DNA of 64,000 bases from Myxococcales bacterium (GTDB taxonomy: Bacteria > Myxococcota_A > Polyangia > Polyangiales > DASUME01): contig JASGJH010000001.1 of assembly GCA_047601445.1 (NCBI GenBank), forward strand, positions 1,824,001-1,888,000, given 5' to 3'. Below are positions 9,599-18,261 of this stretch, in pieces. Each line of letters begins with the position of its first letter. Positions within the stretch are counted from its first letter, which is position 1. Made by a program: the position numbers and the translations under genes. The notes beneath the pieces are model-generated. The model saw only the letters and a program-made list of their open reading frames with translations. It was not told the origin of the DNA and ran no database searches.

Positions 9599-10849
9599 TC
9601 AGCGGAACAGGAACGCCGCGAGCGCGATGATCAAGACCAGGGCACCGACGCCCACGCCGATCATCGTCCCCATGCTGTACTTCGCAGGGAACTCCGCCGC
9701 GGGCATGCTGGCACTCATCCCGGCAGCGCCAGCCGCAGCAGCGGCCTGGACGCGCATGGAGGAGGGGCCACCACCACCGATGGCCGGCGGCGCCTCGCTC
9801 ACCACGCCGAACGCCTTGGCGGCCGGGGGCTGCGCCGTCTCGAGCGCGCGCGCGATGTCCTCCTCGCTGGCCTGGGCCCAACGCTGGACGTTGCCCTCGA
9901 TTCCGTAGGCCTCGCACAGGTCCTTGGCCATGCTCGCGGCATCGGAGTAGCGCTTCAGCTTGTCCTTCCGTAGGCCCTTCTCGATGACGTCGTCGAGCCG
10001 CGGCGGCAGGCCGGGCTTCAGCTGCGAGATGGGGGTCGGACTCTGGTTGATGATCTTGATGAGGATCTGGGCAACGTTGGGCGCCTCGAAGGCGATCTTC
10101 CCCGTGATGGCCTCATACGCGATCGCCGTCAGCGCGAACACGTCGGTGCGCTGGTCGACGTCCTGCTTCCCCATGGCCTGCTCGGGCGACATGTAATAGG
10201 GCGACCCGAGCGTGGTGCCGAATGCCGTGAGCTTGGGCCCGGTCTCCATCTGGAGCTTCACGGAGCCGAAGTCGAGCACGCGCACGTTGTCGCCGCCGTC
10301 GCCCTTGCAGAGGAAGATGTTGTCGGGCTTCAGATCGCGGTGGATGAAGCCGAACGAGTGAGCGTGATCGATGGCGAGCGCCGCCTGGCACATCACGCGG
10401 ATCAGGCGCGGGGTCTCGAGCTTGCCGTCCCGGCGCAGCACGTGACCGAGCTCCTCGCCCTCGAGGTACTCCATCGTGAGGTAGTTGAGGCCGTCGGCCG
10501 TGGTGCCGAACTCGATGACCTTCACGATGTTCGGGTGGTTCATCTCGGCAGCGGTCTGGTACTCACGCTTGAAGCGCTCGACCGCGACCGCATCGCGAGC
10601 CACGTCCGGGTGCAGCACTTTGACTGCCACCCGGGCCTTGCTCTCGTGGTGCCGACCTTCGTAGACGCGCCCCATGGCCCCGTCGGCCACGCGCGCGACT
10701 ACCAGGTAGTCACCGAGACGCTCCCCTAACCGAGCATCGAAGTCCTCGGGGGACTGCTCCTGGATGGTGATCTTTCCGCATTCTCCGCAGAAGAAGACCT
10801 TGTCCGAGTAATGCTTTGCGCACGCTGGATCTGGGCAAATTCGTGCCAC
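9599..10849 (-). CDS. Ser/Thr protein kinase with N-terminal Zn-ribbon and C-terminal TM anchor
   Basis: CPDPAC...CGEC; VAVKVL, HRDLKPDN, DFG, GSPYYMSPEQ, DVFAL; hydrophobic C-terminus. GTG start at 10849. Confidence 0.92.
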   Translation of the reverse strand: MARICPDPACAKHYSDKVFFCGECGKITIQEQSPEDFDARLGERLGDYLVVARVADGAMGRVYEGRHHESKARVAVKVLHPDVARDAVAVERFKREYQTAAEMNHPNIVKVIEFGTTADGLNYLTMEYLEGEELGHVLRRDGKLETPRLIRVMCQAALAIDHAHSFGFIHRDLKPDNIFLCKGDGGDNVRVLDFGSVKLQMETGPKLTAFGTTLGSPYYMSPEQAMGKQDVDQRTDVFALTAIAYEAITGKIAFEAPNVAQILIKIINQSPTPISQLKPGLPPRLDDVIEKGLRKDKLKRYSDAASMAKDLCEAYGIEGNVQRWAQASEEDIARALETAQPPAAKAFGVVSEAPPAIGGGGPSSMRVQAAAAAGAAGMSASMPAAEFPAKYSMGTMIGVGVGALVLIIALAAFLFR

Positions 10850-10961
10850 AGGCAGAATGCTAAAGGACGCAGCGAAGGGGAGCAACGGAACTGGTGGTCT
10901 AGCCTGCTTTTGGTGCGGCCTGGTGGGATGGTTCCTGCCCAGCCACGAGCGGTTCGCCGAG

Positions 10962-11606
10962 CTAGCGGCGGTACCACCGCTGCAGGACGGGGTCGTGCAC
11001 CAGGGTCCACTCCTGTTCAGCGGTCCTGACTCGAAAGCACACGGATTCCTGCTCGGAGAAGGGCCCGGGCTCGGTCCAGCGGCCCAGCACCTCGAGATCC
11101 CGGAGCGCGACCCCGTGCCGGCGGATCGCACGCGGCGCGTAGCCCCACCCCTTCGCCTGGCGGGTCTCGACCTCGAGGGTCTCCTGGCCGGGAACGGCGG
11201 GCAGGAGGCCGCTCTCACGAGACAGGAGCTCCACCAGCGGATCGATGCCCACCAAGACCTGGCTGGTCAGGCCTCCCGGATCCGTCCAAAGGGCCAGGAA
11301 CAGATCGTCGCCTACCAGGCGTACCAGCGCTTCCAGGCGCTCGGCCTCCAAGATCCACTGCATCGGCGCCCCCAGCGAGCGCAGCTGCGACAGGGCCTTG
11401 GTCGGATTGAGCAGGGTGGCACTGAAAACCATGGCCTCGTAGGGGTCGACCCGAGACGCGTAGTCCACGCATTCCCCCTCGGAGTCGAAGAAGACGGCCG
11501 CCCGCAGCTGCTCGTAGGGCCCCAGAAAAGCCGAGAGGATTCGGGAGAACGCCGTATCCGGACGATCGCGCAACAGGCCGTTGGGCAGACGGGTCAGTGG
11601 GTTCAC
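10962..11606 (-). CDS. Roadblock/LC7-like N-domain fused to a small beta domain (DUF6504-like)
   Basis: FSRILSAFL..LRAAVFFDSEGECVDYAS resembles myxobacterial roadblock proteins; C-terminal GRW...CFRVRT..EWTLVHD....WY pattern. GTGA overlap with the upstream gene. Confidence 0.55.
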   Translation of the reverse strand: MNPLTRLPNGLLRDRPDTAFSRILSAFLGPYEQLRAAVFFDSEGECVDYASRVDPYEAMVFSATLLNPTKALSQLRSLGAPMQWILEAERLEALVRLVGDDLFLALWTDPGGLTSQVLVGIDPLVELLSRESGLLPAVPGQETLEVETRQAKGWGYAPRAIRRHGVALRDLEVLGRWTEPGPFSEQESVCFRVRTAEQEWTLVHDPVLQRWYRR

Positions 11607-12067
11607 GAACCGGGATCCGGCGTGCCGTCATCCGACAACGTCCGGCGCACTGCGTCTTCGTCGTAGACGACCTTGGTCTTGTCCCGCAGTTCCCCCAGCA
11701 GACGCGCGGTCTCCTTGCGCCGCCCTTCGTCGTCCGGCGCACGCGTCTCCACGCCCTGCTCGAGCAACGCCCGAACGCGCGCCCGTGCCACTTCCTGCTG
11801 GGTCGCAGCCAGCTCGCCGTAACCTCGCTTCTCCGCGTATTGCGCGAGTAAGCGCTCATCCACCAGGCGCTGCAGCGCCACCTCGGGCGCTAGCCCCGAA
11901 GCCACGCACACCGCCCGCACCTCGTCGAGTCCGATGACCTCGCCGTTGACCCGAGCCACCACCGGTCCGCCCGTGCCGGATGGCCGTGCGCCGGAAGTGG
12001 CCGGCTGGCGCGCGCTTTCCCCGCACGCACCACACAGGAGTACCAGGCCGAGCGCGACGCCACGCAC
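11603..12067 (-). CDS. Small lipoprotein resembling the SurA/PrsA N-terminal chaperone domain
   Basis: Lipobox CGAC; VVARVNGEVI...ALQRLVDERLLAQYAEKRG; no PPIase domain. Confidence 0.65.
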   Translation of the reverse strand: MRGVALGLVLLCGACGESARQPATSGARPSGTGGPVVARVNGEVIGLDEVRAVCVASGLAPEVALQRLVDERLLAQYAEKRGYGELAATQQEVARARVRALLEQGVETRAPDDEGRRKETARLLGELRDKTKVVYDEDAVRRTLSDDGTPDPGS

Positions 12068-12071
12068 GGCC

Positions 12072-12254
12072 CTACTCTCCCATGGAAGGCCGCAGGAGCT
12101 CCACTCCAGCTCGCACGAGGGCCAGCCCGCTGCTCACCAGCAGCACCGCGCCCACGTACTCCTGGTTTCCGAGGTGGCGGATGGCGATGCCCAGGACCGC
12201 CAGCGCTGCCAGGATCAGGATTGCCCCGGCGCTCTCTCGGAGATGCTTGGACAT
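12072..12254 (-). CDS. Small 2-TM membrane protein
   Basis: 60 aa with two hydrophobic helices; fills the gap between co-oriented genes. Confidence 0.65.
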   Translation of the reverse strand: MSKHLRESAGAILILAALAVLGIAIRHLGNQEYVGAVLLVSSGLALVRAGVELLRPSMGE

Positions 12255-12275
12255 CGCTCGGCTAGCGACGGGCCT

Positions 12276-13949
12276 TCAACCGCGCGCGCGCGCAGCCAAC
12301 TTGGCCTGGGTGGCCAGGGCGCGTTCCTTCACGTGGTTCCAGCTGGCACGGCCCTCTTCGGCCTTGCGCAGCGCCTCGATCTTGGCGACGCCCTCGGCCG
12401 AGCCCTTCACCGCCACGAAGTCGAGCGCACTCAGCACGTCGCCGCGCACCATCTCCTTCGGGTGGTCGATCTTGGCGATCAGGGCAGCCAGCGCCTCGGG
12501 CTTGCCGCGGCCCAGACGGGCGAGCATGTAGGCCGCCTTGCGCGCCACGTTCTCGTCCTTGTCGTCGAGCTTCTGGATCCAGCAGGCGAGATCCTGATCG
12601 CACACCTCGGCGACCGCGAGCAGCACGTTGTTCTGCTGCTCGAAGGTCTGCTTGTAGGGGCTGTCGTCGCCCGCAATGAGGGCCTTGGCCTGCGCGGCTT
12701 CGGCCTTGTTGGCCAGCATGGCGTAGGCGTTGAGCGCGATCACGCGCAGGTCCGGCAGCTCGTCCTCGGGGGTCTTGGCGATCTTGAGGAAGAAGGGCTG
12801 GGCGCCGGGATCGTAGAGGTGCTGCATGGCGCGCAGGGCCTGCATGCGCTGGATCTTCTCCTGCGAGTCGTAGACCTTGGTGACCACGGCGCGGATGCGA
12901 TCCGAATCGCTGTCGTTGCGGTTGATCTGCGCGAGCGCCACGGCGGCACCGAGCTGCACGCCCTTGTCGGCGTCGCTGGCGGCGGCGATCAGGGGGTCGA
13001 TGGCTTCGGGGAAGCCGAGCGTGCCGATCGCGAAGATGGCTTCCTTCTTCATCTCCGCCTCGGCCTTCATCTGCTCGGCCGCCTGGGGCGCGCGCTGCCG
13101 TACGGCCTCGATCCAGGCCTTGGTCTGCGCCAGGGCCTTCTCGTCCTCCCCGCGCAGGATCTTGAGCAGCGGGGGCAAGGAAGGCTTGCCGATCTGCACG
13201 AGCGCAGCGGGCACGGTCTGGGTCAGGCGATTGCCAGGATTGGTCGGGTCGAAGAGGTACAACGCCTCGAGCAGCGCGGGCACCGTCGCGGGATCGGCGA
13301 GACGTCCCACCTGCTCCACGGCCAGGTTGTTGATCAGGAAGTTCTGCTCTTCCGACTGGCGCAGCATCACCTTGGTTAGCACCTCGGACGCGGCCGGATC
13401 ATTGAGCTCCCCCAGGGTCCGCAAGAACTCGATGCGCATGCGGTTGTCGACCGGACGCTTGCCCGTGACGTTGTCCAACGCACCGGCGATCTTCTTCACC
13501 GTTTCGGTCTTGCTGCCGGGCGGCAGCTCGATCACGGCCAGCGTGCGCGCGGCGGTGATCGCGTGCTCCTCGTTGACCTCGCTGCGCCACTCGAGCGCCT
13601 TCAACAGGGCCGGCAGCGCGCGCGGATCGCGCATCTCGTTCAAGAGCAGCATGATCTGCTCACCGGCGCGCGTGTCCTCCGGGTAATCGAGATAGGTCTT
13701 CACCAATGCCGGCACGGTGGCGTCATCGAACGCCTTCACCTGTGGCGAAGCACGATCGCTCTTGGAAGCGCTGAGCGCCGCGCCGTAGAGGCGCTTGAGG
13801 TTGCCGAGCGCATGTTCGCGACGCACGGGATCCGCGAGCTCTTGCGCCTGACCCGCGGCGTCGTCTGGATCGGCGTGACATCCGACTGCGCCAATAGAGA
13901 GACCGAGCGCGAATGCCCAGGGCCGCAGCGTGTCGACGAGCTTTGCCAT
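12276..13949 (-). CDS. HEAT-repeat lipoprotein
   Basis: ATG 13949 preceded by GGAGG; lipobox AVGC; many repeats (DPRALPALLKAL, DPATVPALLEAL, AIDPLIAAA, DKDENVARKAAYMLARLG); strong codon bias. Confidence 0.88.
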   Translation of the reverse strand: MAKLVDTLRPWAFALGLSIGAVGCHADPDDAAGQAQELADPVRREHALGNLKRLYGAALSASKSDRASPQVKAFDDATVPALVKTYLDYPEDTRAGEQIMLLLNEMRDPRALPALLKALEWRSEVNEEHAITAARTLAVIELPPGSKTETVKKIAGALDNVTGKRPVDNRMRIEFLRTLGELNDPAASEVLTKVMLRQSEEQNFLINNLAVEQVGRLADPATVPALLEALYLFDPTNPGNRLTQTVPAALVQIGKPSLPPLLKILRGEDEKALAQTKAWIEAVRQRAPQAAEQMKAEAEMKKEAIFAIGTLGFPEAIDPLIAAASDADKGVQLGAAVALAQINRNDSDSDRIRAVVTKVYDSQEKIQRMQALRAMQHLYDPGAQPFFLKIAKTPEDELPDLRVIALNAYAMLANKAEAAQAKALIAGDDSPYKQTFEQQNNVLLAVAEVCDQDLACWIQKLDDKDENVARKAAYMLARLGRGKPEALAALIAKIDHPKEMVRGDVLSALDFVAVKGSAEGVAKIEALRKAEEGRASWNHVKERALATQAKLAARARG

Positions 13950-14086
13950 AGCGGAAACCTTCCTCCCCAATGCTCGGGCTGGACACACGCCTGCGCGAGC
14001 ACAACATCTGCCTTCACGCTCGCAGACGCTCCGTCAGGGGATGCGCTTTTCCCACGTATCTACGAGGGTTTATGCGAGCGGCCGGG

Positions 14087-14116
14087 ACTATAGCCGTGGG
14101 CCAAACTCCAAGTCAA
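14087..14116 (-). promoter_or_regulatory. sigma70-type promoter for the HEAT-lipoprotein operon
   Basis: Minus strand TTGACT-N18-TATAGT. Confidence 0.65.
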
Positions 14117-14222
14117 CGCTGACGCCCACCCAGACCTGTTTTTGGCAGGCCCAAGTGGGCTGTGGTCGACTCGAGTGCCCATGAGCAGTGTCTACACCGG
14201 CTCGCTCTCGGCAGCGGCGGGG

Positions 14223-15335
14223 TCAGAACTGAAGCGGATAGGTCAGCTTGAGCGTGGGGTCCGAGAAGGCTGGGAAGCGGACTTCTCGCAGGGCCTTGGC
14301 CAGGCAGGAGCCCTCACGGGTGCCTGCAAAGCTGCCCTGGATCAACGCGTAGCTCACCTGCCCGTTGCTCCGGACCGTGAGCTGGGCGGAGACCACGCCA
14401 CGGCGTCCCTCGGCACAGCGGCTCAGCGCCGGCATGGCCGCCTTCATCGTGGCGACCACCTGCTCGCGGCTGGGCTGACTCGGTAGATCTCCCTTGGCCG
14501 CTGGCCGCGGCTTCTCGCTTCGCTTCTCCGGCTTCACACGTGAGGCACGCGGCTCACTGGAGGAGGCCTTGGTCTCAGAGGCTGCGATCGGCGTGGAGGT
14601 ATCGATCACGACAGCGTCACGCTCGTCGACGCGGATCTCGGGGATCTCGGGTGCTGCTGCTTCTTCCGGCGGAGCGGCCTTGGCCAATGCCAGCGATCCG
14701 GGCACGGGCTCCGGGACGGCGGGCTGCTCCGGCACGGCCGGTTGGGCCACATCTTCTACCTGTTGCTGCACCGCGCTGCTTGCAGAGTGGACGATCGGGT
14801 CAACCGCCGACTGCTCGCTGACCGGCTGACGCTGGAGCTGCGACAGGCCGATTCCTAGCCCGACCACTGCCGCTGCTGCCCCGACGATCTGCCAGAACGG
14901 TCCGCGCTCGGACGAGGCCGGGGGCACGCTCTTGGGCGCCGCGGTGGGCGCGATCGAGTTGGCCAGGGCGTGGGTCCTCGGCATCACGTTGACCCTCCCG
15001 GAAGGCTCGCGCTTGTTCGGCGCGCTCTCGGGTGCCGGAGCATCGGCCTCGGCCGCAAGTCGATCGACCTCGCTGTCCCGCAGGGCCTCGGCGCTGTCCC
15101 GGCCCATGCCGACCTCGCCCGCGTGAGCGACCTCCGCGGTGATACGGGCAATGACCTGGAGCTCGCTGTCCTCCACGTTGACGATGCTGTCCCGAGCCTG
15201 GATCAGGAGGTCGGAGATCTGCTCGGACGGCTCGCGCGCCGGGGGCAAGGGGGGTTCCGAGGCCAGCAAGGCCTCGACCTCGTCCACTCCACCCTCTTCA
15301 TCCAGCACGCTCTCAGCTCTCCGAAAATCCGTCAC
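14223..15335 (-). CDS. Bitopic membrane protein with Pro/Glu-rich linker and AgmX/PglI(TonB-C)-like C-terminal domain
   Basis: GGAGG SD; single TM (FWQIVGAAAAVVGLGIGL); C-terminal ALSRC...VSAQLTVRSNGQV...SCLAKALREVRFP...TYPLQF. Confidence 0.75.
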   Translation of the reverse strand: MTDFRRAESVLDEEGGVDEVEALLASEPPLPPAREPSEQISDLLIQARDSIVNVEDSELQVIARITAEVAHAGEVGMGRDSAEALRDSEVDRLAAEADAPAPESAPNKREPSGRVNVMPRTHALANSIAPTAAPKSVPPASSERGPFWQIVGAAAAVVGLGIGLSQLQRQPVSEQSAVDPIVHSASSAVQQQVEDVAQPAVPEQPAVPEPVPGSLALAKAAPPEEAAAPEIPEIRVDERDAVVIDTSTPIAASETKASSSEPRASRVKPEKRSEKPRPAAKGDLPSQPSREQVVATMKAAMPALSRCAEGRRGVVSAQLTVRSNGQVSYALIQGSFAGTREGSCLAKALREVRFPAFSDPTLKLTYPLQF

Positions 15336-15504
15336 AGCCCCTCCAGTCTCGATGCACCAGCCGCCAGCGCGGGCGTAACGCCACGCGAGCGTACGAATTC
15401 CATGGACCGCCTTCTACGCCCTCCTGCGACCAAACGAACATTTCGGTTGGGTATCTCACCCAGGATTACATCGGACGTGGCCGTGATTGTAGGTCGCCCT
15501 CCCT

Positions 15505-15541
15505 TTGACCTGTGACTACAAGACGCACTAAGTTTGCGTCT
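15505..15541 (+). promoter_or_regulatory. sigma70-type promoter with inverted repeat flanking the -10 box
   Basis: TTGACC(15505-10)-N18-TAAGTT(15529-34); AGACGCA(15521-27)/TGCGTCT(15535-41). Confidence 0.55.
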
Positions 15542-15952
15542 GTGTCGACCCCACCGAGCAGTGAGCGCCGAAGGGACGTCCGAGCGCCCATCGAGCTCAA
15601 AGTCGAGTACAAGCGCTTGAACTCCTTTTTCGCGGATTACACCCGGAACATCAGCCGTGACGGCATGTTCATCCGCACCCAAAAGCCACTCGGCATCGGC
15701 ACCGAGTTCGTCTTCAAGCTGCAAGTGCCTCAGCTGGACCAGCCACTCGAGCTGCACGGCCGGGTCCAGTGGACCGTGAAGCCGGAGCAGGCCGACGGCG
15801 CCCAGGAGCCCGGCATGGGCATCGGATTCATCTACGAGTCGGAAGCCGAGCGGCAGCGTGTGGTGGCGATCGTCGAGCGCCTGATGGTGCGCAGCCTGGG
15901 CAAGGCTCTCTACAACAAGCTCATCGCGGAACGTCGTCGGCACCAGGGCTGA
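15542..15952 (+). CDS. PilZ-domain protein (myxobacterial TIGR02266 type)
   Basis: ERRRDVR (RxxxR) and NISRDG ([D/N]xSxxG) c-di-GMP motifs; YTRNIS..GMFIRT..PL.IGT; PGMGIGF. Confidence 0.9.
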   Translation: MSTPPSSERRRDVRAPIELKVEYKRLNSFFADYTRNISRDGMFIRTQKPLGIGTEFVFKLQVPQLDQPLELHGRVQWTVKPEQADGAQEPGMGIGFIYESEAERQRVVAIVERLMVRSLGKALYNKLIAERRRHQG

Positions 15953-16050
15953 GCGCGCTCCGCCGAGCCGTCCTTCGAGCAGGTGGATTCGTTCGCCCCA
16001 CGTGGTGGGCGGGCACCTCTCGACTGAGCCCGGATTGATGGCTACACCGT

Positions 16051-17025
16051 ATGGGTATGGAGCAGTTGTTGGAGCGCTCGGGAAACGCGCCAGTCATCGA
16101 TCCGAACCTCGACCTCGAGGAGGAGATCAAGCGCCTCAAGCGTGAGCGGAACGCCGTCATCCTCGCCCACTACTACCAGGACGGCGAGATCCAGGACCTC
16201 GCCGACTACATCGGTGATTCGCTGCAGCTGGCCCAGGCCGCCAAGAAGACCTCCGCGGACGTCATCGTGTTCTGCGGCGTGCACTTCATGGCCGAGACGG
16301 CGAAGATCCTGAACCCCACGCGCACCGTGGTCATCCCCGACCTCAACGCCGGCTGCTCGCTGGCATCGGGCTGTCCCGCCGACAAGTTTCGCGCCTGGCA
16401 GGCCCGCTACCCTGGCTCGGTGACCATCAGCTACATCAACTGCTCAGCCGAGGTGAAGGCCGCGAGCGACCTCATCTGCACCTCGTCCAACGCCGAGAAG
16501 ATCGTGCGCTCGGTGCCGGCCGACACGCGCATCTTGTTCGGACCCGACAAGAACCTCGGGCGCTATCTCATCCAGCAGACCGGGCGCGACATGGTGCTGT
16601 GGCAGGGCAGCTGCCTGGTCCACGAGACGTTCAGCGAGAAGAAGCTGATCGGCCTCAAGACCCGGCACCCCGAGGCCAAGATCATCGCGCACCCGGAGTG
16701 CGAAACGCCGGTGCTCAAGATGGCCGATTTCATCGGCTCCACGAGCGCCTTGCTGAAGTTCGCCACGGAGTCCCCGGCACGGGAGTTCATCGTGGCCACC
16801 GAACCCGGAATCATCCACCAAATGGAGAAGGCCGCCCCGGAAAAGACCTTCATTCCGGCGCCTCCGAATGGCAACTGCGCCTGCAACGAGTGCCCATTCA
16901 TGCGCCTCAACACGCTCGAAAAGCTGTACCTTGCGCTGCGCGACTTGAACCCGGTCATCGAGATGAGCGAAGAACTGCGCTTGTCGGCGCTGCGCCCCAT
17001 CGAGCGCATGCTCGAACTGTCCTGA
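16051..17025 (+). CDS. nadA: Quinolinate synthase
   Basis: [55 protein letters not shown]. Confidence 0.97.
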   Translation: MGMEQLLERSGNAPVIDPNLDLEEEIKRLKRERNAVILAHYYQDGEIQDLADYIGDSLQLAQAAKKTSADVIVFCGVHFMAETAKILNPTRTVVIPDLNAGCSLASGCPADKFRAWQARYPGSVTISYINCSAEVKAASDLICTSSNAEKIVRSVPADTRILFGPDKNLGRYLIQQTGRDMVLWQGSCLVHETFSEKKLIGLKTRHPEAKIIAHPECETPVLKMADFIGSTSALLKFATESPAREFIVATEPGIIHQMEKAAPEKTFIPAPPNGNCACNECPFMRLNTLEKLYLALRDLNPVIEMSEELRLSALRPIERMLELS

Positions 17026-17043
17026 GAAAGCGAATCCATCACC

Positions 17044-18193
17044 ATGACACTCACGATCAGCGAACAGCGAGCCGAGCTCGCGGACCTGGTCCAGCGCCTC
17101 TCGGTGCTGGGGAGGTACCTTTGACGTCGACGGTCTTCGCCACAAAATCGAAAGCCTGAACCACGACACCCAGGCGCCCGGCTTCTGGGACAACCAGGAG
17201 AGCGCCCAGAAGCTCTTGCGCGAGCGCGCGGGCTACGAGGGCACCGTGGAGCGCTTCGACAAGCTCAGCAAGGAAGCCGCCGATCTCAGCGAGCTACTCG
17301 AGTTGGCCGCGGCCGACAACGACGAGGGCATGCTGCAAGAGGTGGCCGGACAGCTGCCGGGCCTGGCCGAGGGCGTGCGCAAGCTCGAGCTCATGCGCAT
17401 GCTGTCGGGAGCGGAGGACAAGTCGGACGCCATCGTGTCCATCCATCCGGGCGCGGGCGGCATCGATGCCCAAGACTGGGCCGAGATCTTGATGCGCATG
17501 TACCTGCGCTGGTGCGAGAAGAAGGGCTTCAAGACCGAGGTCATCGACCACCAGCCGGGCGACGAAGCGGGCATCAAGGACGTGAGCTTCACGGTCTCGG
17601 GGCCCAACGCCTACGGGTTCTTGCGCTCGGAGAACGGCGTGCACCGGCTGATTCGCATCAGCCCGTTCGACGCTAACGCGCGCCGACAGACCTCGTTTGC
17701 AGCGGTGTTCGTGGTGCCCGACCTCGACGAGGACATCGGGGACATCGTGATCAAGCCCGAGGACCTTAAGGTGGACACCTTCCGAGCGGGCGGCGCCGGC
17801 GGTCAGCACGTGAACAAGACCGAGTCCGCGGTACGCTTCACGCACATCCCCACGGGCATCGTGGTGGCGTGCCAGCAGGAGCGCTCTCAGCACAAGAACC
17901 GCGCCACTGCGATGAAGATGCTGCGCGGACGCCTGTACGAGCGGGCTCGCCTCGAGCGCGAAGCGGCCTTCGAGAAGGCCTATGGCGGCTCCAACAAGAA
18001 CGACATCGACTTCGGCTCGCAGATCCGCAGCTACACCATGGCCCCGTACACCCTGGTGAAGGACGAGCGTACGGAGCACAAGATCTCGCAGGTAGAGGCC
18101 GTGCTCGACGGCGACATCGACGAGTTCATCGAGGCCTTCCTGCTGATGAAGGCCAACCGCAAGGCCGCCGCCGAAAAGGGCACGGCTAGCTGA
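17044..18193 (+). CDS. prfB: Peptide chain release factor 2 (programmed +1 frameshift)
   Basis: ATG 17044 ...GRYL CTT TGA C (17119-25) continues in the +1 frame; SPF and GGQ motifs are present. Confidence 0.97.
17110..17125 (+). promoter_or_regulatory. prfB +1 ribosomal frameshift site
   Basis: Internal SD GGGAGG, 3-nt spacer, CTTTGAC. Confidence 0.95.
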
Positions 18194-18261
18194 GTTCCAG
18201 ATCTGCACGAGTGGCCAAAGCGCGCGCCCCTGGGGCGCGCGAGCAATGAGGAGTAGCCCCG

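Noticed and set aside
15332..15403. 23-codon ORF overlapping the start of the AgmX-like gene
   Set aside because: Short, with no coding bias or motif; cannot be supported from sequence alone.
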